From IMG/VR virus record IMGVR_UViG_3300033182_000980, positions 62,001-126,000 of that record: a stretch of DNA of 64,000 nucleotides, one strand, 5' to 3'. Shown in pieces: positions 45,342 to 55,900 of the stretch. The notes under the pieces were generated by a model. The model had not been told where the DNA came from. It searched no databases and worked only from the letters and a program-made list of their open reading frames with translations. Position numbers and translations under genes: made by a program. Every line of letters starts with the position of its first letter. Positions within the stretch are counted from its first letter, which is position 1.

Positions 45342-46220
45342 ATGAGAAGATCAGCTAGTGAGATGATTAGAGATCTTGAGCGTAGGGTCGCTCGTCTCGA
45401 AAGACAGGCTAAAAAAGAACCACAGTGGATTACTTGGGCTTTAGAGGTTTTGGTGGAGAGTCGTGAAACTCAAGCCAAAAGCAGAGATGATCTTGAAGAG
45501 AGAAGAAACGGTCAAGTATGGGAATACTATCAAGGTCGTGATGATGTGATCTTGGTTTCTTCTGATGCAGATCGGAGTGATTACATCATTTACGAGAGTG
45601 ATGACGCTAAGATCGCTTTGAACAACGAGATCATGGAGGACATTCTTGAAAATAAGCCTTTAGAACAAATCATTCGGCATATGCCCTGGACAAAAGACAT
45701 TCTTTTAAGCACACTCAGTTTGCGTTATGGAGATCTTCAGATGTGGGCTTCCGAATGGGCAGAGGCTACTGTTGAAGGTTTAGATGATGACGAGCTTATT
45801 GAGAGGGCTGGTATGGAAGATGAGAAAGCAGAGTATGAAGAAGAAAGGGATTACTACGAGAAAAGAATGGATCCAGAAGTAGACGGTAAAATTAATCCTC
45901 TTTATTCGGACAACGCAGAAGTTATGGTCTTTGACTATAATAATATGCTTAACGACCTACCCGAAAATGCCAGAACTAAGTTGGTGGCAGAAGCAGAAGA
46001 AGAGATTAGTACGGCTCTTAAACAGTACCCTTATGAGTATCTTACAGAAGAAATGGGTTGGAGTGAGGGTCAAGTTATTCAAGCATTTGGTTCTCCCGAC
46101 AAAGACGAAATCGAAAGCATCATTGATCAGTTAGGTGCTTCCGAGAGAGAGTTTCAGTATCTCGCACCTAGTGGGAAAAGGCTTAGGACTAAACTCAACT
46201 ATGTGATTGAAGAGATCTAA
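45342..46220 (+). CDS. MRRSASE-leader protein 5 (highly acidic cargo)
   Basis: MRRSASEMIRDLERRVARLERQA; start 45342 by RBS. Confidence 0.85.
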   Translation: MRRSASEMIRDLERRVARLERQAKKEPQWITWALEVLVESRETQAKSRDDLEERRNGQVWEYYQGRDDVILVSSDADRSDYIIYESDDAKIALNNEIMEDILENKPLEQIIRHMPWTKDILLSTLSLRYGDLQMWASEWAEATVEGLDDDELIERAGMEDEKAEYEEERDYYEKRMDPEVDGKINPLYSDNAEVMVFDYNNMLNDLPENARTKLVAEAEEEISTALKQYPYEYLTEEMGWSEGQVIQAFGSPDKDEIESIIDQLGASEREFQYLAPSGKRLRTKLNYVIEEI

Positions 46221-46242
46221 GATTTCATAGAAGGACAGCAAG

Positions 46243-46842
46243 GTGATTAAGCTACAACCACTACCATACGATTATGACGCTCTTGAGCCGACCATATCTG
46301 AAAAGGCTATGAGGCTACACCACTTGTCTCATCAGCAGGGATATGTAGACAAGCTCAATAAGACGCTAGATATGTATCCAGAGATGCTTAGTCGAGTGGG
46401 CAGTTTGTATCAGCTCATCTCTAACCCAAAGTGGATACCACAAGAAATCAAGCAAGCTGTGATTGACTTTGGAGGGGGCGTTTGGAATCATGCGTTCTAT
46501 TGGAACTGTCTTTCACCTAATCCTGTTCGGTACGAGGACACCTCAAGAGCTTTTCAAGATAAGGTGAATAGAACCTTTGGAAGCTATGAGGACTTACGAG
46601 ATGACCTTATCCTTGAGGGCACTACTCACTTTGGGTCTGGTTGGGTTTGGTTGGCCGAGACTAAGACAGGTGATCTTAGGGTTTATTCGACACTCAACCA
46701 AAACACACCAATGATGAGAGGTCATCGACCTATCTTGACGATTGATCTTTGGGAACACGCTTACTATCCCGACTATGAGAACGGGCGTAAGGAGTTCTTA
46801 GAGCAAGTGATCGACAACTTATTAAGTTGGGGCTACGCTTAA
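46243..46842 (+). CDS. sod: Fe/Mn superoxide dismutase (Mn-type signature)
   Basis: LPYDYDALEP, LHHLSH, GGGVWNH, FGSGWVWL, NQNTP, DLWEHAYY. Confidence 0.93.
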   Translation: MIKLQPLPYDYDALEPTISEKAMRLHHLSHQQGYVDKLNKTLDMYPEMLSRVGSLYQLISNPKWIPQEIKQAVIDFGGGVWNHAFYWNCLSPNPVRYEDTSRAFQDKVNRTFGSYEDLRDDLILEGTTHFGSGWVWLAETKTGDLRVYSTLNQNTPMMRGHRPILTIDLWEHAYYPDYENGRKEFLEQVIDNLLSWGYA

Positions 46843-46846
46843 GACT

Positions 46847-48820
46847 CTACTTACCGATCTTTCCTAGAGTGGTTGTGATCCTATCCCAAAGCTCATATGC
46901 TCCAATAACTCGACTGTGTAGTGCAACTTTGCTGTAATATGACTTCATGTCTTGGATCTTGATGTTGTTAAGGTGTCGAAGATAAGCACCGAAAAATGCT
47001 TCATGTTGTGCTTTACATACTTCTTCAACCACATCAAGAGTCAAAGTTCGTTTCTTATCCATGAAGAAGCTACATAGTTCAGTGAAATAAGGGTGGTTTT
47101 TCATAAGATACAGTTGCCACTTATTGTTTCTGATCTCTACATAAGCTGGGTAGACATAACCACTTTCCTCAAAAGAGTCTGTAATGTTGTTCTCCGAACC
47201 TTTGACATAAGGAATCCAATAGCTCTCGATCTCCATCTCTTGCTTTGATTTCCTCAACTTGCCTTTTAACTTCCCATCTAGATCTTCGTGGCCCGTTTTT
47301 GATCGGGTTTCGTCAGACCCTACTTTTGGGTTTGTTCCTTTTTCTTTAGGGTTGGCACGAGGGGAGGGGTTAAACATAAGCTCACCTTTATCATCAGCAA
47401 CCACTGACCGAAGATGCGACTTTTTAGGTTTAAACAGGTCTTTCCATCGGTCTACCACTTTATCCAAATCTACACTTTTAGCTTTGTATCCCTTATAAGC
47501 CTCTTCAATCAGATCGGTAAGGGATTGGGGGTGGTTGTTCACAAAGAAATCTTGCACCTCAACGAGATCAATCTCGTTGTTGTCTCTATTAGAGTTATAT
47601 TCTCTCCATTGTAAACGATAGCGACCCTCATTTGGGTAGACCCCATCTGTCTTTTTCTTATCGTCAGCAAGGGGCGGTCGCACAATGATTTTTACTCTAG
47701 GTGCGACTTGATTTGCACTGATCCCCCAAGAGCTAAGTGCTCTGATACCTTTTTCAATGTTGTAAAGCTCACGAGTGTGTTCAGTCTGATACTCAAGAGC
47801 CACGAACCCTTTTTTAAAGTCTTCTTTTCTAAAGTGAGACTTTGAAAAGGACTCTCCAGAGGTAAGGCTATGGTTGTTTTTGACTTTATAGTCTTTTCTC
47901 CATTGCGTGTGGTCTTTTGTGATAATCACTTCGACCTCAAATCCATTAGGACAGGCTACTATTTCTCTTGCCTGTACATAATCTTCCATTTCTTCTAATG
48001 CGTCATAGAAGCCAAAGACTTTACTCAATCTCCATGAGTCATCTTGTGTGTAGACAGAGACTTTTAGGTTTTCGGGTAGCTCGGAGTACCTAGTATTTAG
48101 GTAAAACTTTAAGTCCCGATCAGAGAGTGAATTTCGGTTTGAATCAGTCCAAGTGAATGTAGAAGGTTCATCACCAAGAAGGATCACAACAGTACCATGA
48201 CCACTTGCTGGTCTTAGGTTGTTCCATGAGTTTGGATCGCTCCCCACCATATTGCCTAAAGGGTACGGATCTCCTTCCTCGTCAAGCAGAGGGATTATAT
48301 TTTCATAACTTCCGTTAATGAGGGTGTGAATCGGTTCTTCGACCTCATAACCATCTTCATCTACAACTCTGTGACTGAATGACTTTAAGCAAACTTGTCC
48401 GTAGTCCTCATTATAACGAAGCCAAACCATGTGCCCTTTATCTGGATTATCCTTATGCCATGATAAGAACACGACACCATGAGGATTCCACATAGTAGTC
48501 GTGATCTTTGCACCGATACCAAAGTTTTCATGGAAGTCCGAGTTTGAGGCTTTTGATGAAGAGTTCAGCTTGGCTAAGTGGTTATACATAGCTTGAGGTG
48601 TCATCCCTACCCCATTATCCTCAATCATCATTTTGTGAGTGTAGTTTACTTCTCCGTCTTTTTTGTAGATCCATTGACGAGGCTTCAACTTGATTTCGGT
48701 GGCCTCTGCTTCAATGCCATTCTGAATCAGCTCCCGAATGAACTGTAAAGGGGGGGTGTCTCGATCAATACGCTTGAGATAGTGAGTGGGGTTTGCGTCA
48801 ATTAATGGTGTGTCTGCCAT
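46847..48820 (-). CDS. GHKL (Hsp90/MORC-like) ATPase-domain protein
   Basis: FIRELIQNGIEA, IEDNGVGM, NFGIGAK, HGTVV. Confidence 0.8.
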   Translation of the reverse strand: MADTPLIDANPTHYLKRIDRDTPPLQFIRELIQNGIEAEATEIKLKPRQWIYKKDGEVNYTHKMMIEDNGVGMTPQAMYNHLAKLNSSSKASNSDFHENFGIGAKITTTMWNPHGVVFLSWHKDNPDKGHMVWLRYNEDYGQVCLKSFSHRVVDEDGYEVEEPIHTLINGSYENIIPLLDEEGDPYPLGNMVGSDPNSWNNLRPASGHGTVVILLGDEPSTFTWTDSNRNSLSDRDLKFYLNTRYSELPENLKVSVYTQDDSWRLSKVFGFYDALEEMEDYVQAREIVACPNGFEVEVIITKDHTQWRKDYKVKNNHSLTSGESFSKSHFRKEDFKKGFVALEYQTEHTRELYNIEKGIRALSSWGISANQVAPRVKIIVRPPLADDKKKTDGVYPNEGRYRLQWREYNSNRDNNEIDLVEVQDFFVNNHPQSLTDLIEEAYKGYKAKSVDLDKVVDRWKDLFKPKKSHLRSVVADDKGELMFNPSPRANPKEKGTNPKVGSDETRSKTGHEDLDGKLKGKLRKSKQEMEIESYWIPYVKGSENNITDSFEESGYVYPAYVEIRNNKWQLYLMKNHPYFTELCSFFMDKKRTLTLDVVEEVCKAQHEAFFGAYLRHLNNIKIQDMKSYYSKVALHSRVIGAYELWDRITTTLGKIGK

Positions 48821-48857
48821 CTGTGATCTCCTTGTAAGGTTGTTAGAGGTACATACC

Positions 48858-49850
48858 TTATAGGATTTGTAGTTTCTTTATATTCCTCCCCCCTTTAAAG
48901 CCTTTGGTGTTAGAAGCTATCTTGGCAATCAAATCGAGATCATAGCACCTAATCGCTTCCATCATTAGACGGCATTCAAACCACATATCCCCATCAACAA
49001 GGGGCATGAACAGGTCATGGATGTTGTCAACACCTAACATGACATCGACTCCTCCCTCTATGAGTTCCATAACAGGGGCGATAGAGTTATGGATTGGTGC
49101 GTAGTATTCTGACTGTTGCTTCATACTCAAAGCCGCACTAGGACAGACCACTACCCCGATCCCTACTTCTTGTAGTTTAGAAATCACACGCTTACGATCT
49201 TCTTTTTGCTGACACGCAAGAGAGATCGCATGGACGAGTCTAACTTGACCCTCAAGGCCATGTTCAAAGGTCTTATCAGCGACCATCTCAGACTCACGCT
49301 CTGAAGGGATGTTGTTTTGCCCTACATGAACATCAACAGGCTTGTTCATGTCTTTGGCTAGGTTAAAGATAAAGTCCATGTGTGCGAGAGGATCTTCATC
49401 TCTGTCGGGGAGTCCACCGATCACATCTGCCATCTCACAGGCTTGTACGAACATTTTTTGAGCTTCGGGTTCAAGAACACCCTCAAGAGGTTGTACCGCA
49501 AGTTGGAGGTCAAACCCTTTCTTTGCGTATTCTCTTTTAAGGTTGACAGCGACTTGCATAGGTAGAAGCCCAACGATTTGATCTGCATCAATAAATGTAC
49601 GACACTTAGATACACCTTGATAGATCATGTGTTCAATGCACCGAGCCATTCGAGAGTGGAGTGTGTACTCGGTGTATTCTTCTTTGAGCTTTCGATAAAG
49701 TTTCCACTTTTCTTGTAGGCTCGACTGAGAGAGTTTTAGACCTTCTTCGCTGATTAAATATGCTTTGTCAAAGTGTGCGTGGTGGCAAGCAAACCCACCT
49801 AGAGCATCTACTTTGTCCAAAAAAAAACTCTCTATGTGCCAATAGTTCAT
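48858..49850 (-). CDS. Amidohydrolase, cytosine-deaminase (CodA)-like
   Basis: HxH motif (CHHAHFDKA), VDVHVG, LVHAISL, LGVDN. Confidence 0.75.
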   Translation of the reverse strand: MNYWHIESFFLDKVDALGGFACHHAHFDKAYLISEEGLKLSQSSLQEKWKLYRKLKEEYTEYTLHSRMARCIEHMIYQGVSKCRTFIDADQIVGLLPMQVAVNLKREYAKKGFDLQLAVQPLEGVLEPEAQKMFVQACEMADVIGGLPDRDEDPLAHMDFIFNLAKDMNKPVDVHVGQNNIPSERESEMVADKTFEHGLEGQVRLVHAISLACQQKEDRKRVISKLQEVGIGVVVCPSAALSMKQQSEYYAPIHNSIAPVMELIEGGVDVMLGVDNIHDLFMPLVDGDMWFECRLMMEAIRCYDLDLIAKIASNTKGFKGGRNIKKLQIL

Positions 49851-49918
49851 GTGCAGACTCCTTTTGTTTTCTTTTTATACCCCGACATTTAATAGATATA
49901 AAAACAAAGGAGTTTACC

Positions 49919-52900
49919 ATGAGTACATTCGGCACAGGATCTACCACCACAGCGGGTGCGTCTATTACACTTAGAAACTTTACAGGGACGGATGGAAATC
50001 AAGCAGGTACTGATGGTCTGGTACCTGGACCAGCTCTTGCTCAAGAGGGTTATGTTCTTGGTGCTGGAGGTGATTGGACACTTGAAATAAAAGCAGTTGC
50101 TGATCCCAATGACGCTACGGAAAGGATTGCGACTACACGATTCGTTGCAAACTATGTGGCAAACGCACAGCTTGGGGGTAACGCTTTACTCTCAGCTTTA
50201 GGTGATGTGGGTATTGCTAATATAGCAGACGATCAATTCTTACAATACAATGTAGGAAATGCTCGTTGGGAAAACGCTACCCTCACCATTGGTGCAATCT
50301 CTGATGTAAATCTAGCAGGGCTTCAAGCTGGAAATACAATCGTATGGGACGCTGTGAACTCCGAGTGGATTCCAGGTCAAGGTGGTGGTGGTGGAGCGGC
50401 CACCCTTGATGAATTGGGTGATGTGACGATAGCTGGTGTCGCTAACAAGCATTTCCTTGTTCATAATGGAGCTGGTCAGTTTGTAAACAGACTTATCACC
50501 ACAACAGACCTTGATGACGGAACTAACATCGCTCTACTTGATGCGGCAAATGACTTTACGAATACCTTAACCGTCACAAATAGCGACATCATTCTTAGCA
50601 CTCCAGGTGCAGATAAAGAAATCATCATCTCGGATGGAGTTCAAGACCTTGTAGCGATTGGGAATGACGGTCCATACATTAGGTTAAGGACAGGTGATCC
50701 ACAAAAAGCTCAATATGGCGACCAAGCGTTTACTCTTGATGTTTGGGACTTCACCAATAATCTCAGAATGTGGGACGCTAACGGACAAGTCTCTTTTAGT
50801 TTCTCTCGTGGTACAGGTGATCTTAGTCTAAGTGGTGATCTCACAGCCGTAGACGCTTCTCTTGCAGGCATTGAAGCTACCTCATTGACCTCAACAGCTA
50901 ACTCTTTCCCAATCACCTTTGCTGACGCTCAAGCCTCTGCTCTTGTTCTTAAAGACGCTAACGCCAATGAGTACATGGTCTTTGACACTGATAACGATCA
51001 GATCATCAATAAGGTTGAAGCCGAGTTTGGTGTCGCTCCAGCCGCTGTCGTTCGTGTCGGGGGAGGCTATGTTAGGTTCTCTGGAGGTGGTGGAGAAATC
51101 GCTTTCCCCGACCTTGATCCCGTAGCTCTTACTCTTAAAGACTCGGCTAACAATAACATTATCACGATTGATACTGCTCAAAACCAAGTCAATCACCATG
51201 TAAAGTCTGTCTTTACTAATGGTGCAGGGAACACCCTCACAGTTCAACATAACGCCCTTACCTTTGGTGGTGGTGACGGTGAGATTTCTGCAAGCAGTAA
51301 GCTCAATGTTGTTATTAAGGATAATGAGCTTGTCGCTGATGGTGCCGCTTTCTCTATTGCTGATGATGGAGCTACCGAGTATCTGAAGATCTTTACGGAT
51401 AACGCTGACCAGAAGATTGTACTTGGTGCTGATTTACACACAACAAATCTCTTGGCAAACTCTCTTGAGTCATCAGCTAACTCTTTCTTGTTCAAGCTCA
51501 CAGGTGGACAAGCTACCTCTCTAAGATTTACAGACCTTGCTGGAAATACCGACTACCTCTCGATTGATACGGACAACGACCTCATTGAGAACCATGTCCA
51601 GGCTAAGTTCTTGGCTTCACCAATCATCTCTAACAGCTCTCTCTTGTTCAGAGATGGGGATAGTGATCTTTCAGCGACCACACACAAGCTCTCTATCACT
51701 CTTAAAGATAACGAGCTTGTTGCCGATGGTGCGGCGTTTACGATTAAAGACGGAGGGGCAACCGAATACCTTACGATCTTCACAGACAATGGGGATCAAA
51801 AGGTAGTTGCGAATGTTGATCTATATGAGGGAGCAAATAGAGTTCTTAATGTTTCTAACTCGATTGACGCTCTGAGTGATGTAGACACAACCACCAATGC
51901 TCCAGTGCCTGGTCAAGCTCTCGTTTGGGACGGTGCGAACTTTGTTCCAGGTACTGGAGGCAAGACCCAAGAAGAAATCGAGGACATCGTTGGGGGCATG
52001 GTCGCAGGTAATACCGAGACAGGTATTGCAGTCACCTATGTAGACAATGGTGCATTGGCTGGTAAACTCGACTTCGTGGTCGATGATGGTGTTGTAGGTT
52101 TCCTTGCAGGTGCTCAAAACTTTGGTGGTGATAAAACCTTTAGTGGTGCTTTGACTGCTACAGGGGATACCGATCTTACAGGTGCAAACTTTGTTCGTGT
52201 TCCAGCTCCTGTCGGGGCAACTGATGCCACGACTAAGGGGTATGTTGATACAGCGATTGCAGGTAGACAACCTCTTGAAGCCACCCTCACAGGTCTAGCC
52301 ACTATTGCACCTGTAGTTAATGACATTATTATAGCTACAGGTAATGATACCTTTGATGTGATTAACACCACAGCAGGTATGCAAACATTCTTGGGTACAA
52401 ACCTTACAATCCAAGCTGGTGCTGTTGGTGATGTTTTACGAGTAACCGCTGTGGACGGTCAAAATATCCCTACAGCGTTTGAGAACACTAAGCTCGCTTC
52501 GACTGACCTTTCCGACACTGCTGATCTCATTCTTAGAGATGGATCGGTAGCGTTTACAGGTGCTGTTGATTTGGGTGCTCAAAACATCACGAATGTTGCC
52601 GACATCGCTCTTGATACGATTTCTGCTGACAATAATACAATCACGATCAACCTTACAGACAATCAAGCATCTGCACTTAACATCACAGAGGCAGGGAACT
52701 CTTATCTTAACTTTGTGACCACAGATGCTGGAGAGAAGGTCGTATTTGGGAAGCTCTTTGAAGCACCTACTCTTTCTAAGATTGGCGACATTGAGATTTC
52801 TAACGGTCAGATCCAAACGACTAATGTAAATAACAACCTGTCCTTCAACGATAACAACCTTCTCACCACAGGTACTTTAGGTGCTGGAGCTACCACAGTA

Positions 52901-55900
52901 ACCTCGTTAAGTGTTTCAGAAGGCAATATCACCAATGTGTCCGACATTGCTCTCGACACCATTTCGGCAGACGGGGACACCATTGTAGTCTCAATGACCG
53001 ATAACCGAGTAGGTGCGTTTGAGATTAAAGAGGGCAATACTTCTTACCTTAATGTGATTACTACTAATGGTGGTGAAAAGATTGAAGTAGGACAAGCTAA
53101 CGCAGGCATTGCTCTTGATCTAACCAATGCCTCTGTCACAGCGACTACTCAGCCAAATAACCTAGTAGAAGGTAATTCGACACTTGTCGCTACCACAGAG
53201 TTTGTTAGAACAGTAGTTCAAGCTGTGGGGAATATCTCTGATCTTGATGACCTTGCTGATGTCAATCTTGGTGTTAAAAACGCTGGTCAACAGGATGAAG
53301 ATGGTGTTGCTCTCGCTAACGCTCAAATCCTTGTTTATGACGATGACGCTGGAGTTAATGACAACTCTTGGAAAAATGTATCTCTAAGTGGAGACATCGA
53401 GATCACCAACGCAGGTGTCGCTACCATAGCTGACAATGCGATTACCACAGTTAAGATCAATGATGGAGAAGTCACCAACGCCAAGCTCGAAAACAGCTAT
53501 GTGGCAATCACAGATGGGGCAAACACCGACAATCTACCTCTTGGCCAGACACTCACCTTTAACGCTGTGGCGAATGAGACAACCGTTGTTGTTTCAGCGG
53601 ATCAAGGAGCAGGTGCAGACGGTGTTGAGATCACCATTGGGCTTCCCGATGATGTGACGATTGCTCAAGACCTTACAGTAACAAGAAATCTTATCGTTAA
53701 TGGTACGACTACCACAATCGACACGACTAACCTCGACATTGAGGACGCTGTAATCCGCCTTAATAGAAGAGCAGATGGAAATATTGATGGAGCTAATGGA
53801 CATGACATTGGTATCTTCATGGAGAGAGGTACTAATGACCATGCTATCTTCTACTTCGATGAGGGCGAGGACATCTTTAAGCTAGGTACGACTACCTCTG
53901 CTCACACAGCTACCGATTTTGACGCTACTACTACCTTTGGCACACTCAAGCTCGCTACCCTCACAGCTACAAGCAACTCAACCATTGGGGGTACGCTTGG
54001 CATTACAGGTGATGTCAGCGTAAATGCTGGTCAAGCGACCATTACAGCTCAAACGGGCAACATCACCACTAAGGGTGATTTCGTTGTCCTTAATCCAGCA
54101 AATGGTAATGCTTCGATCACGATCTCTGCCGACAATGATGATGTGCTTATCACCTCGTTTGGTGGAGACATCTACTTTGACAATGAGAACCTATGGACAA
54201 CAGGTTCATTGAGTGCAGGTTCTACCTCCCTCACTAGCCTTGTTGTGAATGACGCAGGTGCGGCTGTAGACTTTAGAGTTGAGGGTGATAATCAAACACA
54301 TCTTCTCTACACAGATGGCACGAGGGATCGAGTAGGTATCAACACCAATGCACCAGATACGCAGTTCCATGTTGTGGGTGCTACGAAGCTCGTAGGTGCA
54401 TTGACCCATACAACAGGTGCTGTATTCTTCAATAGTGGTCAAGAGGACTTTGACTTCCGAGTGGACGGTGATAACCAAGCCAACCTCTTATTTGTAGATG
54501 CCTCTGCTGACTCAATCGGTATTGGGAAGAACAACCCATCTAAGACTCTTGATATTACAGGAACTGTTGCTATTTCTAGCACCCTTGATGTGTCGGGTAA
54601 GACCACACTTGCTGGTTCACTTGATCTCACCACAGGTTCAGCAACAGGTATCACCTTTAGGTCCGAGATTGGCAATAATGGAGCAGACGCAGACCAAATC
54701 TTATTGAGGGTCAATCAAGGGGGTGCTGGGCCTGTTTACAAGAGCATCAAGTGGGTAGCCGCTGATGATCGTTTCTCTATTGAGAGTTCACTCAAATCAG
54801 AGGGCAACTTTACTGTCGGGGCAGATCAGTTTACTGTTGACGCTTCAAATGGGAATACAAGCGTTGTAGGAACACTTGGGGTAGGTGGTGCAACCACGAT
54901 CAATAATGCTGGTGGTACAGCAGACCTTCTCGTTCAGAACAATGGTGCTGATGTCCTCAATGTAGATGTTAGTGCAGGTACAACCACAGTCACAGGTCAG
55001 CTCAAGACTGATGATCTTAGGGCTAAGACAGCAGACGGTGGTGGTAATGACTTCAAGATTCGCATTGAAGATAATGTGGCGAACGCTCTTGAGATTTCTG
55101 ATGCGACTAATGGTTTGTCTTTCATGGTGTTCGACACCAGAGACAATGCAGAGCTTATTAACTTCAACCAAGACATTGTGGTTAAGGGCGAGGTCAACAT
55201 TGAGCAAGCAAACGCTAATGGTATTTTCTTCAACTCTGATCTTGGAGCTAACCCCTCAATAGATGCCACTCTTATTACGATTGACGGAGGCAATACCAAG
55301 GGTGATGTGGTTCTAGGTTGGGACACATCCGACAATGCGATCAACCTCAATGCGAACGCACAGGTTCACTTACAGGGTCTTGCTGGATCAAATGCTCTAA
55401 CAATCGGTGGGGCATTGGTTGCTAATGCTACTATCGTGATGACCACAGCAGGTGCAATCACTCTTGATGGTACACTCGACTCCCCAACGATCAATACCGA
55501 TAAGATCACGGATAGAACAGCAGACGGTCTTGTTATTGAACTTGCTGATGCTCTAAATGGCAGTGCTCTTTTAGTAAAAGATGCAGGTGGGGCTAACTAT
55601 CTCACTATCAACACCGATGCACAGACCCTTACATTTAATGAGGATGTAAACTTTGATGCTTCGGCTACCTTTGACACCACAGTTGAGGTGACAGGTATCA
55701 CAACCCTTAATGACTCGCTCAAGGTCAACAAGGCTGGTTCTGATACAGGCATTATCTTTAATGCTGATCGTGGAGCAGGGGAGAACATCAACGCTCAAGA
55801 CTTTGACGCACTTCTTCTCCATGTTGAGAATGGTGGTTCTAATGCTACTGACGCTTACATCAAATGGGATGACTCTGAAAGTTCGTTCAAGATTGAGGGT

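Noticed and set aside
49760-49918. ORF-track start of the 2421-aa protein
   Set aside because: It overlaps the opposite-strand deaminase start; a strong AAAGGAG RBS supports ATG 49919.
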